A stretch of DNA of 64,000 nt from Tenacibaculum sp. (GTDB taxonomy: Bacteria; Bacteroidota; Bacteroidia; Flavobacteriales; Flavobacteriaceae), in the NCBI GenBank assembly GCA_022448525.1, contig JAKVCX010000007.1:11035-75034 (forward strand), written 5' to 3'. Under the pieces are notes generated by a model. The model was not told the DNA's origin and made no database searches. It worked only from the letters and a program-made list of their open reading frames with translations. Of the stretch, positions 38,274 through 47,868 are shown piece after piece. Numbering within the stretch: the stretch's first letter is position 1; each line of letters begins with the position of its first letter. Made by a program: the position numbers and the translations under genes.

Positions 38274-38963
38274 TATATTTTAACCGTCATTACGAGGCAT
38301 GTGTCAAATTGAGTTTGAGAACATGACGAAGTAATCTTAAAGTAGGTAGTCAGATTGCTTCACTGCATTGTATTTCTCCCGAAGTTTCGGGACGCAATGA
38401 CGTTTGCTTTGATTATTCTTCACGTTGATTTTCTGAGGTTGAGGAAGGAGAGTTACATTTTAACCGTCATTACGAGGCTTGTGTCAAATTGAGTTTGACA
38501 ACATGACGAAGTAATCTTAAAGTCGGTAGTCAGATTGCTTCACTGCATTTTATTTCTCCCGAAGTTTCGGGCCGCAATGACGTTTGCTTTGATTGTTCTT
38601 CACGTTGATTTTCTGAGATTAAGGAAGGAGAGTTATATTTTAATCGTCATTACGAGGTATGTGTCAAATTGAGTTTGAGAACATGATGAAGTAATCTTAA
38701 AGTCGGTAGTCAGATTGCTTCACTGCATTTTATTTCTCCCGAAGTTTCGGGACGCAATAACGTTTGCTTTGATTGTTCTTCACGTTGATTTTCTGAGGTT
38801 GAGGAAGGAGAGTTATATTTTAATCGTCATTACGAGGCATGTGTCAAATTGAGTTTGAGAACATGACGAAGTAATCTTAAAGTAGGTAGTCAGATTGCTT
38901 CACTGCATTTTATTTCTCCCGAAGTTTCGGGACGCAATGACGTTTGCTTTGATTTTCTGAGGT
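38274..38963. repeat. Tandem array of four 180-bp units, each with a 118-bp REP-like palindrome
   Basis: CGTCATTACG...CGCAATGACG at 38285, 38465, 38645 and 38825; the last unit has a short deletion in its linker. Confidence 0.95.
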
Positions 38964-38974
38964 CTTTGTTTGGT

Positions 38975-39126
38975 GTTGCGATTTGGTCAGCGAAGTTCGC
39001 TCGAGGTTCCGTTGCGTTGCGATTGTCTCAACGAAGTTCGCTGGAGGTTCCGTTGCGTTGCGATTGTCTCAGCGAAGTTCGCTGAAGGTTTCGTTGCGTT
39101 GCAATTGCATCAGCGAAGTTCGCTGA
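38975..39126. repeat. Tandem array of four 41-bp units with CAGCGAAGTTCGCTG hairpin
   Basis: Hairpin cores start at 38988, 39029, 39070 and 39111. Confidence 0.92.
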
Positions 39127-39187
39127 GTGTTTTGAAACTGTATGAAGCCATTTTAATATAGATCTGGTAGCATTATAACAAATAACA

Positions 39188-39211
39188 AAAAGCGCCTTTT
39201 TAGGCGCTTTT
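39188..39211. terminator. Intrinsic terminator (bidirectional shape)
   Basis: AAAAGCGCCT-TTTT-AGGCGCTTTT downstream of 39240..40313. Confidence 0.85.
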
Positions 39212-39239
39212 CTACTTACATACTAGGAGTTAGAGAAGA

Positions 39240-40313
39240 CTAATGTAATACTTGTCCTCCAGCAACTACACTTTTATTTTCTAAGCTACTTTCTGAACTC
39301 ATTGTGGCTACAATAAATGAAAGTTTAATATTGTTAAATACCAACCCAACTGTTAATTGTCCGAATGTGAAACTTTTATCGTTGATACCTAAGTTTGTAG
39401 CATATTCTTCCGTTCCGTAATATTGATTGTAATTAAACGCACCGAAAAAACGTAATTTGTTATTTGTTAAAGCTGCATCTGCGTAGAAATCTACTCCGAA
39501 AGAAGCACTTCCTGCAAATTTATCCGTAGTTGTTCCAAATTCAGGGAAGTCTGCAGTTCCTTTTGCTCTTAAACGTGATACAAAGTTGAACTGGTTATTT
39601 CTTGAGTGAATATAGGCTAGTGGATATTCAATATCTAATACGGTGTTACCACCACTTGATACTAATCTTTGATAGGCTTCTTCTTGTTTTGCGCTTTCTA
39701 AATCGTTCGCAGAACTACTTGATACCATTGCACCTAAACTTACGCGTAATACAGAAAGGTTTCCGCTTACTAATTCAGAATAAATAGATCCTGAGTTGTT
39801 TCCGACACTAAAACCAGTATTATTTAAAACACTGAATCGTTCTCCTTTGTTATCGTATAAAATATCAAAGAAGGCTCTTGCTCTTTTTGGACCAAAGCTT
39901 AATACTGTTGTTGTTTTGTATTGTAAATATTCCTTTACGTATTCGTTTGATAAACTATCAATAACTGGAGTTAGTTTGGCAATTGAATCTTTTGAAGATT
40001 TTAACTGCTTTTCATAGTCTTTAATTTCAGTATCAGTTAGAGTCAAAGCTCCTTCAACATTGTCGTATAATTTTGATAGAGCAGTGTTATATGAATCAAC
40101 AAATTTTTCTTTTTCCTTTTGCAGTCTCTTTTGTTGAATTATAGTTAAAGTTCTGTAGTATTTAAATACTTTTTTTCCGTTTACTGTTGATGTTTCTGGA
40201 ACAAATGTTTTTCCTAAAGTAGGATTGTCTTTGATTTTAAAACTTGGCGTATGCTGTGCATAACTATATATAGTTACTATGCAGATTAACAGTGTTAATA
40301 GCTTTGTTTTCAT
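39240..40313 (-). CDS. Secreted/outer-membrane hypothetical protein
   Basis: Signal peptide, coiled-coil segment, beta-strand-rich C-terminal half. Confidence 0.75.
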   Translation of the reverse strand: MKTKLLTLLICIVTIYSYAQHTPSFKIKDNPTLGKTFVPETSTVNGKKVFKYYRTLTIIQQKRLQKEKEKFVDSYNTALSKLYDNVEGALTLTDTEIKDYEKQLKSSKDSIAKLTPVIDSLSNEYVKEYLQYKTTTVLSFGPKRARAFFDILYDNKGERFSVLNNTGFSVGNNSGSIYSELVSGNLSVLRVSLGAMVSSSSANDLESAKQEEAYQRLVSSGGNTVLDIEYPLAYIHSRNNQFNFVSRLRAKGTADFPEFGTTTDKFAGSASFGVDFYADAALTNNKLRFFGAFNYNQYYGTEEYATNLGINDKSFTFGQLTVGLVFNNIKLSFIVATMSSESSLENKSVVAGGQVLH

Positions 40314-40451
40314 GGTGATAAAGTTTAGTTATACACCAAAGTTCTTAAAAACAGAAGCCGTTTTGCTTTAAAAAGTCATGACAGAATTGATTTTACCCAT
40401 AAAAGAGGAAGAATAGGGCATAAGAGTTCTTTATAGGAATTAACTCAATAA

Positions 40452-41279
40452 TTATTCACCCTCGTTTTCTTCATATAACATAAAATCGATTGTAAGTTCT
40501 ACAGTTTCATTGTTATCATTATATCCCCAATATGTTGGATAATATCCATCTCCCCATCCTGATGAAAACATAATTACATTGGAACTGGTACTCTTATTTA
40601 TAATATGATTATTCCAATCGCCTATATCACTTGAGAATTCATTACCAGAAGAATATTTCGAAAATTCATCGGCTAATAAATTATCGTAATAGTTTTTATC
40701 TGGGTTATTTTCGTAAAATGCATCTATTTTAACTTCATATTCTTTGTTTGTTTTTGCATCAATAAAACAGCCAAGTCCGGCTTCCACAGCAAATCCAAAG
40801 TAGTCGTCATCTTCGAGGTTTTTAAAATCATTGATATCAATATCTTCTGTAATGGCCAATATCCATCTAGAAGCATTTTCGGGTTTGAATTTTATTTTTG
40901 CAAAAGAAATTCTGAAGTGATCTGGTTCTACTTCTGTTATATAAAGTTTTACTGGATAATTTCCAGGAGCTACAGTTCGTGCAAAAGGTGCAGCACTGTG
41001 TGTGAAAAATGGGTCGCTAACTATTATTTTTCCTGTAGGTAAGTTGATATTACCAATTTCAATTTCTTTTAAATTATTAGCATTTGAAGCGGATAAATCA
41101 TATTTAATTTCGATATCCTTTAGTTCTGTATTCTTCTTCTTTTTAAAGATTTTGAACAATTTCATTTGATGTGATTTTTGAGAATTTGTACATGCCGAAA
41201 AAATAAAAGAGGCAGTCAAAATGATTATTGACAAGCCAATATTATGAAGAGAGGTATATTTTATGATTCTATTTCCCAT
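40452..41279 (-). CDS. DUF4241-like protein, possibly a lipoprotein
   Basis: LPTGKIIVSDP, GFAVEAGLGCF, FSSGWGDGYYPTYWG; start either 41279 (FSAC lipobox) or 41165. Confidence 0.75.
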   Translation of the reverse strand: MGNRIIKYTSLHNIGLSIIILTASFIFSACTNSQKSHQMKLFKIFKKKKNTELKDIEIKYDLSASNANNLKEIEIGNINLPTGKIIVSDPFFTHSAAPFARTVAPGNYPVKLYITEVEPDHFRISFAKIKFKPENASRWILAITEDIDINDFKNLEDDDYFGFAVEAGLGCFIDAKTNKEYEVKIDAFYENNPDKNYYDNLLADEFSKYSSGNEFSSDIGDWNNHIINKSTSSNVIMFSSGWGDGYYPTYWGYNDNNETVELTIDFMLYEENEGE

Positions 41280-41677
41280 TTTGCTTGGTCGTCCACAGGA
41301 TTCGGTAATCTTCCCTCTAACCATTTCATTAAAGTTTCTGGTTTAAACTCCCTGTCTTTTGTTTCAATAACCCAAGACAAAAAGTCTTCTGGCCCACCAT
41401 TCATGTATGGTGCGGGAGAAACAGGATAGAAAACAGTTGGAAGTCTTTCATTAACTGATAAGTAATTCACAACACATCCTAACTCTTGAACAACATTCCA
41501 TGCTAAACTATGATGAATATCTAATTGAAATTTGATCCACCAAAATCCTTTTTCATCAGATCCATGTGAAATTGAATTCGTCATCGAAGGAATTCTGTTC
41601 ATATATTCCAATAAGGATGCAAAAGCACTATCCTCCAGTTTTTTATTATTCCCTTTGTTTTTTAAGAAGTCAAACAT
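41261..41677 (-). CDS. Hypothetical protein
   Basis: 138-aa ORF with Trp/Pro-rich motifs (FYPVSPAPYMNGGP). Confidence 0.75.
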   Translation of the reverse strand: MFDFLKNKGNNKKLEDSAFASLLEYMNRIPSMTNSISHGSDEKGFWWIKFQLDIHHSLAWNVVQELGCVVNYLSVNERLPTVFYPVSPAPYMNGGPEDFLSWVIETKDREFKPETLMKWLEGRLPNPVDDQAKWEIES

Positions 41678-41753
41678 ATGTATAAAGTTAAGATTTTAGT
41701 TTCTTCAAAGTGTATCGTAATATAACCTATGTAAAATTCGATAATTTAAATGA

Positions 41754-42440
41754 TTACTTTTCTAAATAGAAGCTATTTATTTGTTCTGGACTTAATGTTA
41801 CCCATTTTAAATTCGATAAGTTAATGTTACTTTTCGGATTATTACTTAGCACTAGAAGATAGTTAGTATGAAACCCAAAAGTGTTCCAGTCAATATCATG
41901 ATGTATCTTTTTTGTAAATCCACGAGAGAAGCCATTAGAACTTAAATTAACAACCCAGACTTGACTTTGCGTCAAATTTAATTGAGCAACTTTAGTTTTA
42001 TCAGGTGAAAACTTAAAACCTCCAGTTGAAAAGGAATAAAAAACATCTTCTAATTGTGTATTATATACACGCAAATTTGCGCAGTTAGTACCACAACCCC
42101 AAGTATGTAAAATCTGATTTTGTTTGTTCCATTTAAAAGTTCCTCCATAACCAGGTGTTATTTCGGCAATTTTATTAAGCGTATTTAGCTCATAACAAAC
42201 TAATTTGTATGCTTTTCCTTTTGGTTTATATCTGAAGAATACATAATTGTTATTTGAACTTATCTGTAAATCTTTTATCTCCACCCAAGGTTTAAATTTT
42301 GTGATATTAATGGTATCGCTGTTGGTGTAAACAAATACATCGTAAAATACTTTATCATGGAATTTAATTGCTGCTTTCTTCGTCTGAGAATGCAGTAAAA
42401 AAGATGTTAGTAGTACGATAAGTTGTAATAGCTTTTTCAT
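41754..42440 (-). CDS. Secreted hypothetical protein, beta-propeller-like
   Basis: Signal peptide; TolB-like segments (ISSNNNYV, FSPDKTKVA). Confidence 0.65.
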   Translation of the reverse strand: MKKLLQLIVLLTSFLLHSQTKKAAIKFHDKVFYDVFVYTNSDTINITKFKPWVEIKDLQISSNNNYVFFRYKPKGKAYKLVCYELNTLNKIAEITPGYGGTFKWNKQNQILHTWGCGTNCANLRVYNTQLEDVFYSFSTGGFKFSPDKTKVAQLNLTQSQVWVVNLSSNGFSRGFTKKIHHDIDWNTFGFHTNYLLVLSNNPKSNINLSNLKWVTLSPEQINSFYLEK

Positions 42441-42481
42441 AATTTTTTAAATACTAAAGAAATAAAATCCTACTAGTTATT

Positions 42482-42946
42482 TTACTTCTTCCTAAACTTC
42501 TTTTCAATTAATTTTTTCTCCCAATCCTTTCCGAAAAACTCAAAACTTCCAAATGCATAAATCCCTAGAAAAAAAATCCAAGCAATTAGCATGTAAAGAA
42601 ATAACCACCATCCCTCTGAATCAGATTCACTGATAGCTATGAAAAGAAAGAAAGCGAGATTTAGTATTGCTAAAGCCAACAACTTGTAAAAACCTTTCAC
42701 TGTTTGCACATATTTTTCTTCTTTTCTTATTTGTGCTAACTCTTCTTTTTTATCAATATCGGATATATTAATTTCAAAAACAGAGGCTAATGCTTTTAAT
42801 GATTCTAAACTTGCATTTTCTCCGTTTTCTATACGTTGAATGGTTCTTATACTCAAACCGCTCATATCTGCCAATTGTTCTTGAGACCAGTGACGTTCTA
42901 ATCTCATTTTTTTAATATCTCTTAAATTACTTGTGTTAGAATCCAT
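42482..42946 (-). CDS. XRE-family HTH regulator with C-terminal 2TM domain
   Basis: WSQEQLADMSGLSIRTIQRIENG followed by two TM helices. Confidence 0.88.
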   Translation of the reverse strand: MDSNTSNLRDIKKMRLERHWSQEQLADMSGLSIRTIQRIENGENASLESLKALASVFEINISDIDKKEELAQIRKEEKYVQTVKGFYKLLALAILNLAFFLFIAISESDSEGWWLFLYMLIAWIFFLGIYAFGSFEFFGKDWEKKLIEKKFRKK

Positions 42947-43209
42947 AATATTTTGTGTTTCGTATTTAGCACGATGCAAAACTACATCACAGGTTTTTGT
43001 TTCTATGGAAAGCTATGCGACATCTATACGACAGCAACGTGACAGTAATATAACACAAGTAGTTAGCAAAAACAAAAGGCATATTGATCTTAGAATTTGG
43101 ATGAATGAATTTATTTAGATTTCTATAAAGTTTCAATATAATTTTACCAGTTTAGCGATATGTTTTTCAGATATAATTAATAAGTGTTTTATTCTGCCTA
43201 CTTTTTGGT

Positions 43210-44016
43210 TTACGCAATTGGAAATTTCTTTTTTAAAGTTTTCCATATATGTTTTGGTAACAATGGTTCTATTAATTGCCCTAAATATGATTTTGGAGTT
43301 TCTTCTTTAATACCAAATTTTTCAGGTTCTCTGTCTGGACAAGTATAAGTTCCAAAGATTATATCCATAATTGGAGAAATATTAGCATAATTTCCTGCTT
43401 TCCTATCTAAATCATGATGCCAATGATGAAGCTCTGGAGCGCCAATTAAAATTCGCAATGGTCCAATTGATAATCTCACATTTGAATGTATATAAATTGC
43501 CCAAATTCCTCGAAACGCTATTACTCCAGCAATAGATTCTAATGGAAAGCCCATAATAAAAGCAGGTAAATTTATGAGTCCGATAGTATATATAGAATCT
43601 AGTGGATGTTCACGATGTGCTGCCAACCAATCTAAATGCTCTGCACTGTGATGAACTTTATGGAACCTCCATAAAAAATCGACTTTATGTTGTAATCTGT
43701 GTCCCCAATAAATAAGCAAATCACTAAAAAATAAAACCTCGATTACTTGAAGGACGAAAGGTTGCTTTCTAATTTCTTGTTGAAAAGAATCCGGCACAAT
43801 TGAAGTTAAATATTCTCCAAAATAATAAAGCGACCAAAGTACTAAACCACTCCAAATTATATATTGACCTAAAAAAAAGGAAAAATCTAGAAGCCATTTT
43901 GGTCTGAAGAACTTTTGATTTGGTTTTGCTGGAAAGACTTTTTCCATAGGAACAAATACCGTAATTAAGAAGAGCAAACTGATTCCAGTGGTTATTATAA
44001 TTTCATAGATTTCCAT
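43210..44016 (-). CDS. Sterol desaturase/fatty acid hydroxylase family protein
   Basis: His boxes HRLQH, HKVHH, HSN, HHWHH. Confidence 0.9.
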   Translation of the reverse strand: MEIYEIIITTGISLLFLITVFVPMEKVFPAKPNQKFFRPKWLLDFSFFLGQYIIWSGLVLWSLYYFGEYLTSIVPDSFQQEIRKQPFVLQVIEVLFFSDLLIYWGHRLQHKVDFLWRFHKVHHSAEHLDWLAAHREHPLDSIYTIGLINLPAFIMGFPLESIAGVIAFRGIWAIYIHSNVRLSIGPLRILIGAPELHHWHHDLDRKAGNYANISPIMDIIFGTYTCPDREPEKFGIKEETPKSYLGQLIEPLLPKHIWKTLKKKFPIA

Positions 44017-44023
44017 ATCAAAG

Positions 44024-44401
44024 CTATCTTTTAATAGAATCAGTTACCGTAGTATCTTTCTTACTTTTTTGAAAATCATTACGCTTAAAAATAATACCAG
44101 ATTTTGAACTGCTTAATAAAGCTGCGTCAACTATAGAGTCCATTTCTGCTTTTGAAGTTGTACTTTGTTTTACTTTAGGATTTACAAGCGTAAGGGATTT
44201 TGAAGAAGATAACAAATGAAGCTTTTTTAAAGAATCTATCCCTTTAGTACTGTCAAGTTGAATTTTATCATTACTTGGGTTTGAAATAGTAGACCCTGAG
44301 GAGATGTGTTCAGTAAAATACCCAGCTTTATAAACCACAAAAGCAATTATTAATGAACAGAATAAAGTGATCGTTAGTCCTTTTATGATGTTAGATTTCA
44401 T
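44024..44401 (-). CDS. Hypothetical protein with N-terminal TM
   Basis: 125-aa ORF, repeated LLSSSKS motif, abuts the desaturase gene. Confidence 0.65.
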   Translation of the reverse strand: MKSNIIKGLTITLFCSLIIAFVVYKAGYFTEHISSGSTISNPSNDKIQLDSTKGIDSLKKLHLLSSSKSLTLVNPKVKQSTTSKAEMDSIVDAALLSSSKSGIIFKRNDFQKSKKDTTVTDSIKR

Positions 44402-44461
44402 GAGCTTTTTTTAAAGTTTAAACATACACTTTAATATTATGAAAAGTTGTTCAGGCATTAG

Positions 44462-44818
44462 CTATTTCAGCCATTTAGCAAAGGCTAGCTTTAGTTTAGC
44501 CTCGTCTATTTTTGTTTGTTTCGCTAAATATGGTAGCATATCTAAGACGTAAGTTTTTAGTTTCAGATCACGAAAACGCTCAATTTTATAATGCTTTAAT
44601 AAGGCATCCATATTTTTTTCGGTTGCATTTTCCAAACATTCACGAACAAATACATTTTGATTTTCCTCATTAATAGAATCTGCATATTTAGCAAGGCACT
44701 TCTGGGTTGAGGTCGCTACAGTTTTTAAAGTTTCTGATGACTGAGAAAGTCCAGTTTGAACAGTTACAACAAATAGGATAGTGAATAGAATTCTTTTCAT
44801 AATAGATTTTTTATTCAA
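44462..44818 (-). CDS. Small secreted hypothetical protein
   Basis: Signal peptide; two Cys. Confidence 0.6.
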   Translation of the reverse strand: MNKKSIMKRILFTILFVVTVQTGLSQSSETLKTVATSTQKCLAKYADSINEENQNVFVRECLENATEKNMDALLKHYKIERFRDLKLKTYVLDMLPYLAKQTKIDEAKLKLAFAKWLK

Positions 44819-44841
44819 ATATACTGGATAAATTGAATAAA

Positions 44842-44868
44842 AAAAGGAAGGTTTTACACCTTCCTTTT
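44842..44868 (-). terminator. Intrinsic terminator after the psd-family gene
   Basis: AAAAGGAAGGT-TTTAC-ACCTTCCTTTT. Confidence 0.85.
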
Positions 44869-44916
44869 CCGATTGAATTAATAACCTGGAATTTAATCCA
44901 TAGTCAACATGTTTTT

Positions 44917-46194
44917 TTATTTATTAAACAATACAGAAGCTTGTCCGTATTGAAAGTGAATTGGTTCTTGACCTGGACTGTATTTATACATGTAAAGATC
45001 TCTTGGTGGATTTTGGAATAACATGATAATATCAGAACCTCCGAATCTGAATTTTCCAAACTCTTGTCCTTTTACTACAACCTCATCCTGTAAATTTTCA
45101 TACATCTTAACACCAGAAACTTGGCACATTCCAATTGGTAAAATTGCAACTTTACCAACTTCTGGACCAGCATCCATAACAATTAAACCTCGTGCTTGGT
45201 TAAATTCATAACCATCTCCAGCACCATCAGGAGCGTCCCATTGTCCGTCTGGTTTTAATTCTACATTTAAATACACTTTTCCTTCAATTGGTCTTATTTC
45301 TAAGACTTTTCCAGCAACTGGTGTATGGAATCGATGATAGTCAAACGGACTTAAGAAATAGTGAACGAAAGTTCCACCATTAAAGTCGTTTACATACGGA
45401 CTATCTTGAAGTAAATCACTAATAGTTCCTATAGTATGCGTTCCTTTTAATTTTAATTGCTTTTTATCTCCTTCAAGACCAATTACATTTCCTTCTTGAT
45501 CGATTGGATAAAATTGCTTGTACGTACAATCTGCAGGTGAAACAACAACTTTGTTATCGTTTGGTGCAGTAATAGGACGTAAAGGACTAATTCCGGTATC
45601 AGGATCGGCATCATTAAATTCTCTAAAGAAGAACTGATTGAATGTTTTCCAAGATGATTCGTTTTTCGCATATAAAGGGAAGTTGTACATTCTATCGTAT
45701 TTAAAAGAGTGTAAACTTTCTTTAGTTAGAGAAGCTGGAGTATCTAAGAATCTTCCCCAAGCTTTTGCAAAATCTACTAACCAATCAGCAAATTTTTCAA
45801 AGCTTTGCATCGTGGTATTTGTTCCTGGAATTTTTTGGTCAATTAACCAATACGATTGGCAAAGTAAATCGTATACCTTCTGGTTGTATCCGTTTTTTTG
45901 CCCGTTACTTTTCCAAGCATTTGGATATTCAGGATCGTTACGTTCATTTGGCACCATTCTCACGTATAAATCTAAATAATCTAAATACGCATTAATTGAA
46001 GTCGGCCATCCGTTCCCTTTAAACTCATTGTTAATTGCGTTGTACAAATCTGAGTTTAAATTTTTCTTTGCAGCAGCAACAGCAACATTTAAAGATGCAG
46101 TTAAAGCAGCAGCCATCGCAGGATCATCTGCTAAAAGTTCTTGTAATGAAGTTACAACTGGTTCGTGTTTTTGGTGTAGCGTTAAAGTTTCCAT
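44917..46194 (-). CDS. Phosphatidylserine decarboxylase-family proenzyme with long soluble N-domain
   Basis: FNQFFFRE, SPAD, DYHRFHTP, GGSD self-cleavage motif. Confidence 0.88.
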   Translation of the reverse strand: METLTLHQKHEPVVTSLQELLADDPAMAAALTASLNVAVAAAKKNLNSDLYNAINNEFKGNGWPTSINAYLDYLDLYVRMVPNERNDPEYPNAWKSNGQKNGYNQKVYDLLCQSYWLIDQKIPGTNTTMQSFEKFADWLVDFAKAWGRFLDTPASLTKESLHSFKYDRMYNFPLYAKNESSWKTFNQFFFREFNDADPDTGISPLRPITAPNDNKVVVSPADCTYKQFYPIDQEGNVIGLEGDKKQLKLKGTHTIGTISDLLQDSPYVNDFNGGTFVHYFLSPFDYHRFHTPVAGKVLEIRPIEGKVYLNVELKPDGQWDAPDGAGDGYEFNQARGLIVMDAGPEVGKVAILPIGMCQVSGVKMYENLQDEVVVKGQEFGKFRFGGSDIIMLFQNPPRDLYMYKYSPGQEPIHFQYGQASVLFNK

Positions 46195-46322
46195 TTTATT
46201 GAGGTTGGTTAAAATTATAGTACCAATTTACCTCTAGAAATGGTTGTTATTCTGAAAAAGACCTTAACAAATCGTAATTGATGTATAAGAGCCTGAAATT
46301 AAGGTATAGATGTAATTGATTT

Positions 46323-46808
46323 TTATTCAATTTTAGCACGATGCTCATCGTACAATCCAATTAATAAACTATTTCCCTTAGCATCAATTTTAAGCCCGCC
46401 ATACTTCGCTTTTTCATATTTTTCTGCATCACCTTCTTGAAAGAAAAAAGACTCAGCACCAATATTTATATTCCAGTTATTGGGAGAAGTATATTCAATA
46501 GGAAGTTCACCTTCATTTAAAGAAGAAGGATCTTTTTGAAATCTAACTTTTGACGCTACATTGTTACTATCAAGTTGTACGATGCAAAATCCTCGCTTAG
46601 GAATGTCAGCATCATTGTTTCGAGAAAGGTTATAACGTAATCGCATGTAATCTCCTTGCATTAAAGAACGCGGATCAACAGGTGCTAGTTCTAGTAAAAC
46701 TAGCTGTCCTTCTTTTAATAAAGTTTCCTTTTTAAAAATCGAATAGTTGAAATATACCAACAATAAAATGAGGTTTCCAAATACAATAGGCCATTTATAC
46801 TTTTTCAT
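46323..46808 (-). CDS. GDYXXLXY domain protein
   Basis: LAPVDPRSLMQGDYMRLRY. Confidence 0.92.
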   Translation of the reverse strand: MKKYKWPIVFGNLILLLVYFNYSIFKKETLLKEGQLVLLELAPVDPRSLMQGDYMRLRYNLSRNNDADIPKRGFCIVQLDSNNVASKVRFQKDPSSLNEGELPIEYTSPNNWNINIGAESFFFQEGDAEKYEKAKYGGLKIDAKGNSLLIGLYDEHRAKIE

Positions 46809-47868
46809 TTTCTGATAGTTTTTTATGAGTGAATAGGTAAAATGCTAAAAACAAAATACCCGTTGTAAACATCATGATAGATTTGGTAAGGAGTGTGAAC
46901 TTTAGATCATAATAATATTGACTAACGAAATAAATGAATGCAATAATTCCAATAGCTAAACCAGTTTTATAATTGACTTTAAAACTCAATAGAATTATTA
47001 AAATCGCTCCAGAAATTGCGGGAGAAAGTACCGTTGATGCTAAGATGAGAATTGTAAAAATGTAAATTCCAATTTTACTCTGAATATCTTTTACTTGTAA
47101 GATATTTATTAATTCTATTATCACGTACACAATGAATAGAATGACAGAGATTGACGAAAGCCAAATATACTCTGGTGTTATTCTCAACATTCCTTTTTTT
47201 CCTAGGAAGATTAACCCAATTAATAAAGAGAAAATTAACCCAATTCGTAAAGGATTGTACAATCGAGATAGTTTTTTACTAGTTGTTATGATTTTACCTT
47301 CATTAAGCATAAAGAATGATAAGATAAAAACCATAGCGAACGTGTACAAATGGATTAGGTCATATTGGTTTCCTTCCAAAAGAAGTGCTAAAAAACTAAG
47401 GTTTGTAACCAAAGTAGCTACAAATGATAAAATATAATTTTGAACAAGAATTAAGGTTGCAATTCCAACAAAAACGAAGATTATTTGAATGGTACTCTCA
47501 TCAAAATTCACCCGCTCTAAACCCATCCATATCAAAGTAAAACCAATAACGTAGGAAGAAACACTGATGGTGTCAATTATAATTCTATCAGAGATTTTAT
47601 TTAATCCAACAGCGCCAAGAACGAAAATAATTCCAGTTACGAGTAAACCTTCTTTTGAGTTGTATAATCCCGCTATAAAAAGGAATCCTAAAAAGGTTAT
47701 ACAAGACAATAATCCGCCGAAAATGGAAAGTATTTTTATCGCTAAAGATTGTTCATCGTTTTGATTCTCATATTCATTTTTGATGGCCTCTTCGTTAAAA
47801 GTTAATTCTTGTCCTTCTATATTTTGAATGGAATCAATTAACGATTTTATGTTTTCACTATTCTTCAT
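46795..47868 (-). CDS. DUF4401-like membrane protein
   Basis: Multi-TM; YYY.L..TLL.KS tail; conserved neighbour of GDYXXLXY genes. Confidence 0.8.
   Translation of the reverse strand: MKNSENIKSLIDSIQNIEGQELTFNEEAIKNEYENQNDEQSLAIKILSIFGGLLSCITFLGFLFIAGLYNSKEGLLVTGIIFVLGAVGLNKISDRIIIDTISVSSYVIGFTLIWMGLERVNFDESTIQIIFVFVGIATLILVQNYILSFVATLVTNLSFLALLLEGNQYDLIHLYTFAMVFILSFFMLNEGKIITTSKKLSRLYNPLRIGLIFSLLIGLIFLGKKGMLRITPEYIWLSSISVILFIVYVIIELINILQVKDIQSKIGIYIFTILILASTVLSPAISGAILIILLSFKVNYKTGLAIGIIAFIYFVSQYYYDLKFTLLTKSIMMFTTGILFLAFYLFTHKKLSENEKV

Noticed and set aside
38274-38963. CRISPR, MITE/IS or coding repeat interpretation of the 180-bp array
   Set aside because: Whole units repeat, no transposase or target duplication is visible, and no ORF of 60 aa or more spans it despite the period being divisible by 3.
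38975-39126. CRISPR array interpretation of the 41-bp repeat
   Set aside because: Sequence between hairpins is itself repeated, so there are no unique spacers; no cas genes in the window.
38970-39161. 63-aa ORF over the 41-bp repeat
   Set aside because: The period is not a multiple of 3 and the ORF has no coding features; likely a by-product of the repeat.
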